A stretch of 64,000 nucleotides of DNA from Pseudomonadota bacterium (GCA_021816925.1 JAKAWQ010000009.1:2364-66363), one strand, 5' to 3'; counted from the first letter of the stretch, positions 1-10,732 are shown. The notes: generated from the sequence alone by a model not told the origin. A program made the numbers and translations.

Positions 1-50
1 TGGCCGTTCGTCACCGGATCGAACGTCCCGGGATAGACGCCGGCGCGCAT
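1..50 (-). CDS. coaD: phosphopantetheine adenylyltransferase, 5' end only (gene runs off the window)
   Basis: Reverse-strand ATG at 50..48 translates MRAGVYPGTFDPVTNG, which matches the conserved N-terminal GxFDPxTxGH nucleotidyltransferase motif of CoaD. Only 16 codons are visible. Confidence 0.6.
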   Translation of the reverse strand, partial: MRAGVYPGTFDPVTNG

Positions 51-67
51 GGCACCGTCCCGTTCAC

Positions 68-2818
68 TCATCGCCGGCTTCGATCATCGCCCCCCTCGTC
101 CACGCCCGCCTCCTCGGCCCCGGCTTCTACCACCGGGAAGACGCTCGTCACGGATTCCCCGTTATCGAGGCGGAACAGCCTCACCCCCATCGCCTGCCGC
201 CCGGTGATGCGCACCTGGTCCGCCGGCACGCGGATCAGTCGCCCGGCATCCGTCACCAGCATCACATCGTCGCCCTCACGCACCGGAAAGCTCGCCACCA
301 CCGCGCGCCCGCTGCGTGCCGAGAGGGCGATATTGGCAATCCCCTGCCCGCCCCGCCCGGTCGTGCGATACTCGTAGGCGGAGCTCCGCTTGCCGAACCC
401 CGCATCCGTCACCGTGAGCAGAAATTCCTCGGTCGCGGCCAGCGCGGCGTACCGCTCTGGCGCGAGCGCAATCCCGGGCGCGCCCTCCTCCCCCTCGGGA
501 GCCTCCTCCCCCACGCCCGAAAGCGCACGCCGCCGTTGTCCGGCCACCCGCACATAGGCCGCCCGCTCCTCTCCGTCCACGGCCACATGCGCGAGCACCG
601 AGAGGCTCATCACCTCGTCGCCGGCCGCAAGGCGGATGCCGCGCACGCCCGGGCTCTCGCGGCCCGCGAACACGCGCAACGTCTCCCCGGTGATCGGAAA
701 GCGCACGCAGCGGCCGAGCCGGCTCGCCAGCAGCACATCCTCGCCCTCCCGGCAGGTGGCAACGCCGATCAGCCGGTCGTCCGCGTCGAGCTTCATGGCG
801 ATCAGCCCGCTTGCGCGCAGATTGCGGAAATCCGAAAGCCGGTTGCGCCGCACATTGCCGCGCGCGGTCGCGAACACGAGATGGAGGTTCTCCCAAAGCG
901 CCTCTTCCTGCGGCAGCGGCAGCACTGCCGTCACGCCGTCGGCGCCAAGCTCGGGCAGCAGGTTGACGAGCGCGCGGCCCTTGGCACCCGGGCCCGCCTC
1001 CGGCAGGCGCCAGACCTTCTCGCGAAACACCTTGCCGCCGCTCGAGAAGAACAGCACCCACTGGTGCGTATGCGCATTGAAGCTGCGCGTGACGATATCG
1101 TCCCCGCGCGTCGTCGCCGCACTGCGCCCGCGCCCGCCGCGGTTCTGTGCGCGGAACGTTTCGAGGGTAGTGCGCTTGATGAACCCCTCGCGCGTGATCG
1201 TCACCACCATCTGGCCGGGTTCGATCAGGCTTTCGTCGTCCGCCTCGGCATCGCCTTCGACGATCTCGGTCTGCCGCGGCGCGGCAATCCCGGCACGCAC
1301 CGCCGCCAGCTCCTCGCGCACCACCTCAAGCCGGCGCGGCCGCGAAGCGATGATCGCCAGCAGCTCGCCGATGCGGGCGGAAACCTCCTTCAGCTCCTCC
1401 TCGATCTTCTCGCGCTCGAGCCCGGTCAGCCGCTGCAGGCGTATCTCCAGGATGCCGCGTGCCTGCGTCTCGGTCAGGTGCACCGTGCCGCCGGCATCGA
1501 TCCGGTTCCCGGCATCCTCGATCAACCCGAGCAGCGGCTCCAGCCCCGCCGCCGACCAGGCCCGCGCCATCAGCGCCGCCCGTGCCGCCGCGCCGTCGCG
1601 GCTGGCGCGGATCAGCGCGATCACTGCGTCGATGTCGCCGAGCGCGATGGCAAGCCCCACCAGCAAGTGCCCCCGCTCTCGCGCGCGCCCCAGCTCGAAA
1701 CGGCTGCGCCGCAGCACCACCTCCTCGCGAAAGGCGAGGAAGGCCGCGAGCGCGTCACGGAGCCCCATCAACCGTGGCTGCCCGCCGTCCAGCGCCAGCA
1801 TGTTCACGCCGAAGCTCGTCTGCAGTTGCGTGAACCGGAAGAGCTGGTTCAGCACCACCTCCGCCGTCGCCTCGCGCTTCAGCTCGATCACGATCCGCAT
1901 GCCGTCGCGGTCGCTCTCATCGCGCAGATCGGAGATGCCCTCGATCGTCTTGTGCCGCACCAGCTCGGCGATCCGTTCGAGCAGGCTCGCCTTGTTCACC
2001 TGGTAGGGAATCTCGGTCACCACGATCGCCTGACGGTCGCGCCGGATCTCCTCGATCATGCTCCTGGCACGCAGGATGATCGCCCCACGCCCCGTTTCGT
2101 ACGCCGCGCGGATGCCGCCGCGCCCGCGAATGAGGCCCCCGGTCGGAAAATCCGGGCCCGGCACCAGCCGCAGCAACGCCTCGAGCGGCGCGTCGGGATC
2201 AGCGAGAAGGGCGAGCGCGGCATCGACGATCTCGCCCGGATTGTGCGTCGGAATGTTGGTCGCCATGCCGACCGCGATACCACTCGCCCCGTTGACCAGG
2301 AGGTTCGGGAACCACGCCGGCAGTACGCGCGGCTCTTCGGCGCTCTCATCGTAGTTCGGCTGGAAATCCACCGTCTCGCGGTCGATATCCTCGAGAAGAA
2401 GGCCCGCCGCGCGCGCCAGCCTGACCTCGGTGTAGCGCATCGCCGCCGGCGGATCGCCGTCCACCGAGCCGAAATTGCCCTGCCCGTCGATCAACGGGAG
2501 CCGCATGGCGAACGGCTGCGCCATGCGCACCATCGCGTCGTAGATCGCCGCATCCCCGTGCGGATGGTACTTGCCCATCACATCGCCCACCACGCGCGCG
2601 GACTTCCGGTACGGCTTGTCCGCCGTGTAGCCCGCCTCGTGCATGGAAAAAAGGATGCGCCGGTGCACCGGCTTCAGCCCGTCCCTCACGTCGGGCAGCG
2701 CGCGCGCGACGATCACCGACATCGCATAATCGAGGTAGGAGCGGCGCATCTCCTCCTCGAGCGTCACCGGCACGAGATGCGAGGGCGGCGGCGCGCCCGC
2801 CTCGGGTCTGTCGCTCAA
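68..2818 (-). CDS. gyrA: DNA gyrase subunit A
   Basis: 916-aa ORF. The N-terminus reads ...[37 protein letters not shown]...[22 protein letters not shown], the GyrA catalytic/QRDR region, followed by C-terminal beta-pinwheel repeats. Confidence 0.97.
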   Translation of the reverse strand: MSDRPEAGAPPPSHLVPVTLEEEMRRSYLDYAMSVIVARALPDVRDGLKPVHRRILFSMHEAGYTADKPYRKSARVVGDVMGKYHPHGDAAIYDAMVRMAQPFAMRLPLIDGQGNFGSVDGDPPAAMRYTEVRLARAAGLLLEDIDRETVDFQPNYDESAEEPRVLPAWFPNLLVNGASGIAVGMATNIPTHNPGEIVDAALALLADPDAPLEALLRLVPGPDFPTGGLIRGRGGIRAAYETGRGAIILRARSMIEEIRRDRQAIVVTEIPYQVNKASLLERIAELVRHKTIEGISDLRDESDRDGMRIVIELKREATAEVVLNQLFRFTQLQTSFGVNMLALDGGQPRLMGLRDALAAFLAFREEVVLRRSRFELGRARERGHLLVGLAIALGDIDAVIALIRASRDGAAARAALMARAWSAAGLEPLLGLIEDAGNRIDAGGTVHLTETQARGILEIRLQRLTGLEREKIEEELKEVSARIGELLAIIASRPRRLEVVREELAAVRAGIAAPRQTEIVEGDAEADDESLIEPGQMVVTITREGFIKRTTLETFRAQNRGGRGRSAATTRGDDIVTRSFNAHTHQWVLFFSSGGKVFREKVWRLPEAGPGAKGRALVNLLPELGADGVTAVLPLPQEEALWENLHLVFATARGNVRRNRLSDFRNLRASGLIAMKLDADDRLIGVATCREGEDVLLASRLGRCVRFPITGETLRVFAGRESPGVRGIRLAAGDEVMSLSVLAHVAVDGEERAAYVRVAGQRRRALSGVGEEAPEGEEGAPGIALAPERYAALAATEEFLLTVTDAGFGKRSSAYEYRTTGRGGQGIANIALSARSGRAVVASFPVREGDDVMLVTDAGRLIRVPADQVRITGRQAMGVRLFRLDNGESVTSVFPVVEAGAEEAGVDEGGDDRSRR

Positions 2819-2858
2819 GGGCGCCTCGGATAACTCGGATCAGGCGCGATCGGAGCGG

Positions 2859-3353
2859 TCAGAACGGAATCTCGTCGTCGATCTCCCCGCCGGCCTTGCC
2901 GCCCTCCCAGGAGGCTCCCCCGGCGGTCCCGGCGCCGCGCGCCGCCCGCGCCGGGCCGGTACTCCTTGCTTCGGCGCCCTCGCCCGCGCCGCCCGGGGCG
3001 CCGCCGGAATCGAGCAGTGTCAGATCCCCGCGGAAACGGCTGATCACCACCTCGGTCGTGTATTTCTCCTGGCCCGACTGGTCGGTCCATTTGCGCGTCT
3101 GCAACGCGCCCTCGACATAGACCTTGCGCCCCTTGCGCAGGAAGCGCTCAGCCACGTCGGCCAGCCGGTCGTTGAAGATTACCACCCGGTGCCACTCGGT
3201 GCGCTCCTTGCGTTCGCCCGAGGCGCGGTCGTTCCAGCTCTCGCTCGTCGCGAGCGAGAGCTGCACGATCTTCTGGCCCTCCTGCGTTGTCCTAACCTCG
3301 GGGTCCCGGCCGAGATTACCGACGAGAATGACCTTGTTGACGCTGCCCGCCAT
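2859..3353 (-). CDS. ssb: single-stranded DNA-binding protein
   Basis: The ORF track extends to 3479, but the SSB sequence starts at the internal ATG at 3353 ([21 protein letters not shown]...). It has an OB-fold core, a Gly-rich tail and the canonical acidic C-terminus DDEIPF. Confidence 0.95.
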   Translation of the reverse strand: MAGSVNKVILVGNLGRDPEVRTTQEGQKIVQLSLATSESWNDRASGERKERTEWHRVVIFNDRLADVAERFLRKGRKVYVEGALQTRKWTDQSGQEKYTTEVVISRFRGDLTLLDSGGAPGGAGEGAEARSTGPARAARGAGTAGGASWEGGKAGGEIDDEIPF

Positions 3354-3470
3354 TCGCCCGATCCTCAAAAAGCCGCCGGCCCGCACCACCATAGAGACGG
3401 ACCGGGACGGAAGCCACCCCATCGCGCAGAGATGCCCTTCACAACCCGCCCGGCTTTGCCATAGACACGC

Positions 3471-3485
3471 GAACAACACAAGAAC
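3471..3485. promoter_or_regulatory. putative LexA (SOS) operator in the ssb-uvrA divergent intergenic region
   Basis: The sequence GAACaacacaaGAAC is a GAAC-N7-GAAC direct repeat, the alphaproteobacterial LexA-box consensus. It lies about 40 nt upstream of the uvrA ATG. Confidence 0.65.
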
Positions 3486-3523
3486 ATCATCGCCCTTTCC
3501 GCAGCCCTTCTCCCGGGGAGATC

Positions 3524-6382
3524 ATGGCCGGCTTCATCCACGTGCGCGGCGCGCGCGAGCACAATCTCAAGAACGTGGATGTCGCGATTCCGCGTGATTC
3601 GCTCACGGTCATCACCGGCCTCTCGGGCTCCGGCAAATCCTCGCTCGCCTTCGACACCATCTATGCCGAGGGCCAGCGCCGCTACGTCGAAAGCCTCTCC
3701 GCCTACGCCCGCCAGTTCCTCGAACTCGCCGGCAAGCCCGATGTCGATCAGATCGAAGGGCTCTCGCCCGCGATCTCGATCGAGCAGAAAACCACCAGCC
3801 ACAATCCCCGCTCCACCGTCGGCACGGTCACCGAGATCCACGACTACATGCGCCTGCTCTGGGCGCGCGTCGGCGTGCCCTATTCGCCCGCCACGGGCTT
3901 GCCCATCGAGGCGCAGACGGTGAGCCAGATGGTCGATCGCGCGCTCGCCATGCCAGAAGGCACGCGGCTTCTTCTGCTCGCACCCGTGGTGCGCGGCCGC
4001 AAGGGCGAATACCGCAAGGAGCTGGCCGAACTCTCCCGCAAGGGCTTCACGCGCGTGAAGGTGGACGGCACGCTCTACGAAATCGGCGAGGCACCGGCGC
4101 TCAACCGCAAGCTCAACCACGACATCGAGGCGGTGGTCGATCGCATCGTCGTCCGCCCGGGCCTTGAAACCCGACTTGCCGACAGCTTCGAGACCGCGCT
4201 CGGGCTGGCCGACGGCGTCGTTTATGCCGAGAACGCCGAGTCGGGCGAGCGCACCATCTTCTCCTCCCGCTTCGCCTGCCCGGTGAGCGGCTTCTCGATT
4301 GCCGAGATCGAGCCGCGCCTTTTCAGCTTCAACAGCCCGCACGGCGCCTGCCCGGCGTGCGACGGGCTCGGCACGGAGCAGTTCTTCGACCCTGCGCTCG
4401 TCGTGCCGGACGAACGCCTTGGCCTCGGCAAGGGCGCCATCGCGCCCTGGATCGGCGCGCACTCCCCCTACTACGACCAGACGCTGCAAAGCCTCGCCCG
4501 GCACTTGCGTATCAGCACGAACACCGCCTGGCGAGACCTCCCCGAAAAGACGCGCCACGCCGTCCTCTTCGGCACCGGCGAGGAGGAGGTCGCCTTCGCC
4601 TACAAGGACGGCGTGAAGAGCTACACCGTTCGCAAGCCCTTCGAAGGCGTGATCCGCAATCTCGAGCGCCGCTTCTCCGAGACCAACAGCGCCTGGGTGC
4701 GCGAGGAACTCTCCCGCTACCAGGCCGAGAAGCCCTGCGCGGCCTGCCACGGCGCGCGCCTTAAGCCGGAGGCGCTCGCGGTCAGGGTCGGCGGCAAGAA
4801 CATTGCCGAGGCCTCAGATCTTTCCATCCGCGCCGCCCACGACTGGTTCGCCAATGTCGGCTCGACCCTCAACGTCCAGCGCGCCGAGATCGCGCGCCGC
4901 ATCCTGCGCGAGATCGTCGAGCGGCTGCAGTTCCTCGTCGATGTCGGGCTCGACTACCTCACTCTCGCCCGCGGCTCGGCCACCCTCTCGGGCGGCGAGA
5001 GCCAGCGCATCCGCCTCGCGAGTCAGATCGGCTCCGGCCTCACCGGCGTGCTCTACGTGCTCGACGAACCCTCGATCGGGCTGCATCAGCGCGACAATGC
5101 CCGCCTGCTCACGACGCTCCAGCGCCTCAAGCGCCTCGGCAACACCGTCCTCGTGGTCGAGCATGACGAAGAGGCGATGCGTGCGGCCGACCATCTGATC
5201 GACATGGGGCCGGGCGCCGGGCTCGCCGGCGGCACCGTCGTCGCCGCGGGCATGCCGGCGGATGTCGAGGCCAATCCTGCCTCGCTCACCGGCGCCTATC
5301 TCGCCGGCCGCCGCCGCATCGAGATTCCGCCGCTCCGCCGCCCCGCGCAGAAGAACCGCGAGGTGCGCGTGATCGGCGCGCGCGGCAACAACCTCAAGAA
5401 CATCACCGCCACCTTCCCGGTCGGCACCTTCATCTGCGTCACCGGCGTTTCGGGAGGCGGCAAATCGACCCTCGTTGTCGATACGCTCTACAAGGCCGCA
5501 GCGCGGCGGTTGATGGGCGCGGGCACGGTGCCCGCACCGCACGAGCGCATCGAGGGGCTCGAACTCCTCGACAAGATCATCGATATCGACCAGTCCCCGA
5601 TCGGCCGCACCCCACGTTCCAACCCCGCCACGTACACGGACCTCTTCGCGCCGATCCGCGACTGGTTCGCGGAACTTCCCGAATCCCGCGCTCGCGGCTA
5701 CAAGCCCGGCCGCTTCAGCTTCAACGTCAAGGGCGGACGCTGCGAGGCCTGCCAGGGCGACGGCGTGCTGAAGATCGAGATGCACTTCCTGCCCGACATC
5801 TTCGTCACCTGCGATACCTGCAAAGGCAAGCGCTACAACCGCGAAACGCTCGAAGTGAAATATCGCGGCAAGTCGATCGCGGACATCCTGGCGATGACGG
5901 TGGACGAGGCGCTGCCGTTTTTCGCGGCACAGACGCGCATCGCCGACCGCCTCGGCGTGCTCCAGCGCGTCGGGCTCGGCTATATCAGCCTCGGCCAGCA
6001 GGCGACCACGCTTTCTGGCGGCGAGGCACAGCGCATCAAGCTCGCCAAGGAACTTGGCCGCCGTGCCACCGGACGCACGCTCTACATCCTCGACGAGCCG
6101 ACCACCGGCCTCCATTTCGAGGACGTGCGCAAGCTCCTGGACGTGCTGCACGCCCTCGTGGACCAGGGCAACACCATCGTCGTCATCGAGCACAATCTCG
6201 AAATCATCAAGACGGCCGACTGGATCCTCGACCTCGGCCCCGAAGGCGGCGACGCCGGCGGAAGCATCGTCGCCGCCGGCACACCCGAAACGATCGTCGC
6301 GACTCCCGAAAGCCACACCGGACGGTTCCTTGCGCCGCTGCTGCCGCCCGCCGAAGCGAGACGCTCCCGCCGCCGCGCGTAA
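3524..6382 (+). CDS. uvrA: excinuclease ABC subunit A
   Basis: 952-aa ORF beginning [65 protein letters not shown]. It has two ABC ATPase modules and zinc-finger Cys motifs ([16 protein letters not shown]). Confidence 0.98.
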   Translation: MAGFIHVRGAREHNLKNVDVAIPRDSLTVITGLSGSGKSSLAFDTIYAEGQRRYVESLSAYARQFLELAGKPDVDQIEGLSPAISIEQKTTSHNPRSTVGTVTEIHDYMRLLWARVGVPYSPATGLPIEAQTVSQMVDRALAMPEGTRLLLLAPVVRGRKGEYRKELAELSRKGFTRVKVDGTLYEIGEAPALNRKLNHDIEAVVDRIVVRPGLETRLADSFETALGLADGVVYAENAESGERTIFSSRFACPVSGFSIAEIEPRLFSFNSPHGACPACDGLGTEQFFDPALVVPDERLGLGKGAIAPWIGAHSPYYDQTLQSLARHLRISTNTAWRDLPEKTRHAVLFGTGEEEVAFAYKDGVKSYTVRKPFEGVIRNLERRFSETNSAWVREELSRYQAEKPCAACHGARLKPEALAVRVGGKNIAEASDLSIRAAHDWFANVGSTLNVQRAEIARRILREIVERLQFLVDVGLDYLTLARGSATLSGGESQRIRLASQIGSGLTGVLYVLDEPSIGLHQRDNARLLTTLQRLKRLGNTVLVVEHDEEAMRAADHLIDMGPGAGLAGGTVVAAGMPADVEANPASLTGAYLAGRRRIEIPPLRRPAQKNREVRVIGARGNNLKNITATFPVGTFICVTGVSGGGKSTLVVDTLYKAAARRLMGAGTVPAPHERIEGLELLDKIIDIDQSPIGRTPRSNPATYTDLFAPIRDWFAELPESRARGYKPGRFSFNVKGGRCEACQGDGVLKIEMHFLPDIFVTCDTCKGKRYNRETLEVKYRGKSIADILAMTVDEALPFFAAQTRIADRLGVLQRVGLGYISLGQQATTLSGGEAQRIKLAKELGRRATGRTLYILDEPTTGLHFEDVRKLLDVLHALVDQGNTIVVIEHNLEIIKTADWILDLGPEGGDAGGSIVAAGTPETIVATPESHTGRFLAPLLPPAEARRSRRRA

Positions 6383-6384
6383 GG

Positions 6385-6405
6385 CCAAGGGGCTCTGCCC
6401 CTTGG
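6385..6405 (+). terminator. stem-loop immediately after the uvrA stop
   Basis: ccaaggggc-tct-gccccttgg forms a perfect 9-bp stem with a 3-nt loop, 3 nt after the stop. There is no clear T-tract, so terminator function is uncertain. Confidence 0.45.
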
Positions 6406-6449
6406 ATCCCCGCCGGGGCCACCGGTCCCGGCCCCCATCCCTCGGAGGA

Positions 6450-6502
6450 GGCACGGGGGCCTGAGGCTCGTGCGGTACGCGCGAGCCTCAGCCCCCCGTG
6501 CC
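6450..6502. repeat. long imperfect inverted repeat (REP-like hairpin)
   Basis: ggcacgggggcctgaggctcg (6450-6470) pairs with cgagcctcagccccccgtgcc (6482-6502). The arms are 21 bp with 1 mismatch and an 11-nt loop. Confidence 0.5.
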
Positions 6503-6661
6503 GCAACCCATCAGGACGCCCACCCTGCCGACCGCAATTCCCTCGACACCGCCATCATGCTCCGAAGACCGGTGCGCATTTCCTACTATCCCGCGCCGCT
6601 GATCCGCATCGAAAGATCTTCGCCGTCATTTCCTGCCGAGTCGCTCTTACGCGCTGCTATT

Positions 6662-7231
6662 TTACGAGGCTTTGCCAAGCCATGCGACGGGTGGAAATTC
6701 CTTCCATCGACTTTCAATTTTCTCCCGTAGCCTCTCGTTGGCCGCAGCATCCACAATTTTTTTGATGACACATTTAATATCATCGCAAAAATCCTCAAGC
6801 ACAAACAGCGCCGCATCAATTTTCTCGCCGCCCGCCTCGTCTTTGCAGTCTAGCCTCGAAACGAGCTTGAGGTGTGGTCCTTCCTGGTTTCCCCTATGCG
6901 TCAGTACAATCGAGCGTTTCCTCCCGCCCTTGTTCCTGTCCGGGAAAAGACTGAAGTTGTGCACGAGGCCATTCCTCATTATTTGCTTCATTTGCTCGGG
7001 CAAATCGGCGCATCGAGAACCATATTGGAAGTTCCTATATCGCGGCGGGAACTTGTCCTTTATGAAAGCGACATAGTCACCACCACCGGCAAGTTTTGAA
7101 AGATACTCGATCATCGCTGCAGCACACAGAAATGGAAGGGGCGTCGGCTCCATCTTCTGGATGGCTTCGACCAAGCCCAGAAGGCAATCCCTCTTCTTCC
7201 ATAAATCTGCTGCTATTTGCCCGTTCCCCAT
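6662..7231 (-). CDS. hypothetical protein, low-G+C orphan, with a possible HEPN-like RNxxxH motif
   Basis: 189-aa ORF in a stretch visibly more A+T-rich than its surroundings (by eye, not computed). It contains ...QIMRNGLVHNF... (R-x4-H). I recognise no family. Confidence 0.6.
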   Translation of the reverse strand: MGNGQIAADLWKKRDCLLGLVEAIQKMEPTPLPFLCAAAMIEYLSKLAGGGDYVAFIKDKFPPRYRNFQYGSRCADLPEQMKQIMRNGLVHNFSLFPDRNKGGRKRSIVLTHRGNQEGPHLKLVSRLDCKDEAGGEKIDAALFVLEDFCDDIKCVIKKIVDAAANERLREKIESRWKEFPPVAWLGKAS

Positions 7232-7363
7232 CCCTGGCGTTCCCTACGCCAAGTTCTCGTATCAGGTTCCTTTGCTTCGCACTACGCTCTTTCGGCGCCC
7301 CGGCCGCGGGGGCAAAGGCCCGTAACCTCATCGGCGGTCGGCCCGCTCCCCGCCACGGGCCGC

Positions 7364-7729
7364 CTAAAGGGCCAACCGCGTCTCTATCCGCACCGTCTCG
7401 TAGTCGGCATGCAAGCCACCCTCGTCCCGATCCAGTAGGCCGGCATGCACCAGCGCCCGCACGCCTTCATGGGCCCGCCGGTAATCCCGCCCAAGCGCCT
7501 GCGCCAAGGCCCGCACGCTTCGAGCGGGCTGCCTATGCACCTGTCGGAGCAGTTCCATTCGCCGAGGAGTCATTACGCGCACTAACAGCTCGAGGCTCTC
7601 GAACCCGACATGCCGTTCCGCGTTCTCATCGCTGAGCTCACCGCGCTCCGCCCGATGCCAGGTATCGACGAACCGCCGGCCCATATCATCGAGGCGGTCC
7701 CCAACATGCACCTGCAGCTCCTTGCTCAT
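7364..7729 (-). CDS. winged-HTH DNA-binding protein, putative antitoxin
   Basis: 121 aa. The segment ...RRMELLRQVHRQPARSVRALAQALGRDYRRAHEGVRALVHAGLL... is a typical wHTH. The start overlaps the upstream ORF's stop as ATGA (7726-7729), as in toxin-antitoxin pairs. Confidence 0.75.
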   Translation of the reverse strand: MSKELQVHVGDRLDDMGRRFVDTWHRAERGELSDENAERHVGFESLELLVRVMTPRRMELLRQVHRQPARSVRALAQALGRDYRRAHEGVRALVHAGLLDRDEGGLHADYETVRIETRLAL

Positions 7730-7953
7730 GATCCTTCCCGCCTCGCGTCCCTGACGGCCGCTTTGAAATCCTCGATCAACCTCTCCGGCCCCTCGAAGCG
7801 ATAAGAGCTCTCGATGCCGCGAACATGCTTGTGATCTCCTTTGCCACGCTCATTGTCGAACAGAACAATCCGTTCATCCGCCCGGCCGTAGAACAGCGAA
7901 TATTTGAACCGATGGCGCGACGGCGGAACCGGCGACGGCAGGCCGCCCGGCAC
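7726..7953 (-). pseudogene. DUF6516/TumE-like toxin fragment with an unclear or truncated N-terminus
   Basis: The C-terminal part reads ...PVPPSRHRFKYSLFYGRADERIVLFDNERGKGDHKHVRGIESSYRFEGPERLIEDFKAAV, resembling the F-K-Y...FDNERGKGDH-H core I recall for this toxin family. The frame stays open to 8256, but the upstream residues look non-native. The nearest plausible start is GTG at 7953. Confidence 0.5.
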
Positions 7954-8252
7954 TGCTCTCGGCGATCCGCGACGGCCTTGCCCGGGCCATCCAGCTCCTG
8001 AACGACCGTCGGTCCTAGCCGCCAGGCTGAAAACTCCAGCCGAAGCCCGAGAAGACGCCACCGGTCCACGCGGCCGAGAAGTGCGCACTCCAGGAACACG
8101 ATTCCGGCACAGCCGAGCCCGCAACTGAATCGCCCGCCTCGGTGAACCGACGCCGGGGCTTCCCAATGCGGTCGCGGGACACATAATGCTGCATCGCCAA
8201 CCCCGCGCCCCATGGCAGCATGGGCCACGCATCCCCGCCGCCGCCCCGGCAC

Positions 8253-8891
8253 TCACACGAACGGCGCCGCAATCCCCTCCGCGTTGAGCGCCGCCTGCAC
8301 GGCCGGCCGCGCCGGAACCCGTTCCGCATGTTCACCGAGCGAGGGTACGTCGCGCGGCGGATGCGGCATCGCGCGTCCCCAGCGTACCAGCATGAAAAGA
8401 AAAAGATCGGCCGCCGAAAACCCTGACTCCAGCAACCACTCCCGCCCGTCCAACTGGGCGGCGATGCGCGCGAACATCGCCTCCAGCCGCTGGCGCGCCG
8501 CCTCCTTCACCGCCGGCGCGGCGGCCGGATCGGCAACATGCTCCTCCGGATAGAACCAGGCGCGATACTCCGCCTGCGGCGTGTTCGTCAGATGCACCAC
8601 CCATTTGTAGAACTGCGCCCGCTCGCGCGCGCCGAACGCCGGTGCAAGCCCGGCCTCGGGATGCCGGTCCGCCAGGTGCATCGCGATCGCCGCCGTCTCG
8701 AACAGCATGAGATCGCCGTCGAGCAGCACAGGAATCCGCCCGTTCGGATTGAGCCTGAGATACTCCGCACTCTTCTGCGCATTCTTCGCCCGATCGACCA
8801 GCCGGAGCTCGAATGCCGCGCCGATCTCGCAGAGCATCATGTGCGGCAGCAGGCTTACATTACCAGGATAGTAGTAGAGAGCATAGCTCAT
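8253..8891 (-). CDS. glutathione S-transferase family protein
   Basis: 212 aa. It has an N-terminal thioredoxin-like GST fold (MSYALYYYPGNVSLLPHMML...RIPVLLDGDLMLFETAAIAMHLA) and a helical C-domain. Confidence 0.88.
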   Translation of the reverse strand: MSYALYYYPGNVSLLPHMMLCEIGAAFELRLVDRAKNAQKSAEYLRLNPNGRIPVLLDGDLMLFETAAIAMHLADRHPEAGLAPAFGARERAQFYKWVVHLTNTPQAEYRAWFYPEEHVADPAAAPAVKEAARQRLEAMFARIAAQLDGREWLLESGFSAADLFLFMLVRWGRAMPHPPRDVPSLGEHAERVPARPAVQAALNAEGIAAPFV

Positions 8892-8907
8892 CGCGCTGCT
8901 TCCACCC

Positions 8908-9669
8908 TCAGAACTGCACGCCTCGCGTCAGGGCGCCGTCCACCACTAGGTTCGTCCCGGTGATGAAACTCGCCGCCGGGCTCGCCAGGAAAACCGCTGC
9001 CCGCGCCATCTCCTCTGGCTTTCCCATCCGGCCGGTCGGGTTGAGCGCCAGCGCCTTCGCGAATAGCTCCGGATTGCCGTGCTCGATCTTGTGCCACACG
9101 CCACCCGGGAAATAGGTATTGCCCGGCGAAACCGAATTCACGCGGATCCCCTTCCCCGCAAGCTGATACGAAAGCCCCTTCGCGTAATGAATGAGCGCCG
9201 CCTTGAAAACCCCATACGGCCCGGCCGCGAAATCCACCTCCCGCCCCGAAACCGAGGAAATGACAACGATCGACGCCGCGTCCGATCGCGTAAGGAACGG
9301 CATCGCCGCCTCCACGGCCTTCACCGTGCCCATGAGGTCCGTCTCGAACTCCGCCCGCCAGTTCGCCTCCTCCCGTCCGATCGCCAGCGCCGAGACGTTC
9401 GAGACCACGATATCGAGCCCGCCGAACTCGTGCCCGACCCCCGCAACCCAACGCCCGAGCGCCGCATGATCGGCGACATCAACCGCCCGCCCGCTCGCCC
9501 GAACACCCTTGCCCTTGAGCGCCGTCACCGTCGCCGCAACCTCCGCGGCCCCGCGCGCGCAAATCGCAACGTCCGCGCCCTCCGCCGCCAGGTGCTCCGC
9601 GATCGCTCGCCCGATCCCGCGCGTCGCACCGGTCACCAGCGCACGCCGCTCCTTGAGCCCCAGGTCCAT
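8908..9669 (-). CDS. SDR family oxidoreductase
   Basis: 253 aa. It carries the TGATRGIGRAIA Rossmann motif and the SDR catalytic region (...SSVSG...YGVFKAAL...). Confidence 0.92.
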   Translation of the reverse strand: MDLGLKERRALVTGATRGIGRAIAEHLAAEGADVAICARGAAEVAATVTALKGKGVRASGRAVDVADHAALGRWVAGVGHEFGGLDIVVSNVSALAIGREEANWRAEFETDLMGTVKAVEAAMPFLTRSDAASIVVISSVSGREVDFAAGPYGVFKAALIHYAKGLSYQLAGKGIRVNSVSPGNTYFPGGVWHKIEHGNPELFAKALALNPTGRMGKPEEMARAAVFLASPAASFITGTNLVVDGALTRGVQF

Positions 9670-9673
9670 GTTG

Positions 9674-10699
9674 CTACTCCTTCTTCGCTGCCGCCGGCTC
9701 GAGGCACCGCTTCGCGATCCCGGCCCCCACCGTGTATTTCGGATCGACGAAATTGCCGAGCCTGACGCGCCCGCATTGGCTCAGCATCATATAAGCGTCC
9801 CACCGCTCGAACCCGTATTCCGCCTCCATCCACAGCACGAGCTCGCGATAGGCAATCCGCGCAGCATCCTCGAGCGGCCGCGCGCTGCCGATCGCCATGA
9901 TGAAATCCGCCCGCTCCAGCCGCGGCCATTCGATGCCCCAGCCCTTGATCACGTCCACTCGGATCGTCGTCGTCGAGCCGTATTCCACCGCCGTTCCGCA
10001 CACCTCCCCGTCGCCCTGGCAGGCATGCGCATCGCCGATGAAAAGCCTCGCCCCTTTTGTCTTCACCGGCAGATAGGTGATGCTCCCCGGCCCCATGTCC
10101 GGCAGGTCCATGTTCCCGCCATGCTGATCCGGCGTCAGCGAGTTGATCGAATCGATCTCGGGTGAGGTGCTGAGCGTGCCGATATGCGGGTTGTAGGGCA
10201 GCACCACGCGCGCGCTCCAGCGCACCTCCTTCTCATCCAAATCGATCTTCCGCGTCACCTCCGGCAGCGGCGGTTGCAGCATCGCCGTCAACCCCGTTCC
10301 GGTCAGCGCCCCGAAATGTGGAATCATGCAGCACGTGCCGCGCGGATTCGCTCCCCTCGGCCGCATGCTCTCGATTTGAACAGCGAGCGCATCGCCAGGC
10401 TCCGCGCCCTCCACCAAAATAGGCCCGTTTTGCGGATTGACGAACGGCATCCGAAGCCGCCGCGTCGGCTTGTCCCGCTCCGTCCGGATCGCGCCCTCGA
10501 AGGCATCGCGCGTCTCGATCCGGATCCGGTCTCCCGCCGTCACGCTCAGCACCGGCTCCGAATAGGGCCCAATCGTGTAATGATATTTGCCCTGCGCCGC
10601 TTCCGTCAGCTCGTGCAGCACCGGCTTCCTCGCCCAGCCCAATCCGCGCCGTGCCGCAATCGACTCCGCAAGCCACCGCCCCGCCGCCGCTTTCGCCAT
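9674..10699 (-). CDS. acetamidase/formamidase family protein
   Basis: 341 aa with the FmdA/AmdA-type segment ...HGGNMDLPDMGPGSITYLPVKTKGARLFIGDAHACQGDGEVCGTAVE... Confidence 0.85.
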   Translation of the reverse strand: MAKAAAGRWLAESIAARRGLGWARKPVLHELTEAAQGKYHYTIGPYSEPVLSVTAGDRIRIETRDAFEGAIRTERDKPTRRLRMPFVNPQNGPILVEGAEPGDALAVQIESMRPRGANPRGTCCMIPHFGALTGTGLTAMLQPPLPEVTRKIDLDEKEVRWSARVVLPYNPHIGTLSTSPEIDSINSLTPDQHGGNMDLPDMGPGSITYLPVKTKGARLFIGDAHACQGDGEVCGTAVEYGSTTTIRVDVIKGWGIEWPRLERADFIMAIGSARPLEDAARIAYRELVLWMEAEYGFERWDAYMMLSQCGRVRLGNFVDPKYTVGAGIAKRCLEPAAAKKE

Positions 10700-10732
10700 C
10701 GTCGCCTCCCCAGGCCGCCGCCTCGCCCCGCC

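Noticed and set aside
536-2833. 765-aa plus-strand ORF (and nested ORFs 276..1061, 636..2006, 1459..1833) overlapping gyrA
   Set aside because: It is antisense or out of frame to a clearly recognisable gyrA. The products are Arg/Ala/Pro/His-rich low-complexity sequence, typical of spurious ORFs in high-G+C DNA.
3365-6454. Long minus-strand ORFs 3365..4750 and 4814..6454 opposite uvrA
   Set aside because: They are antisense to an unambiguous uvrA, and their products show no recognisable motifs and biased composition.
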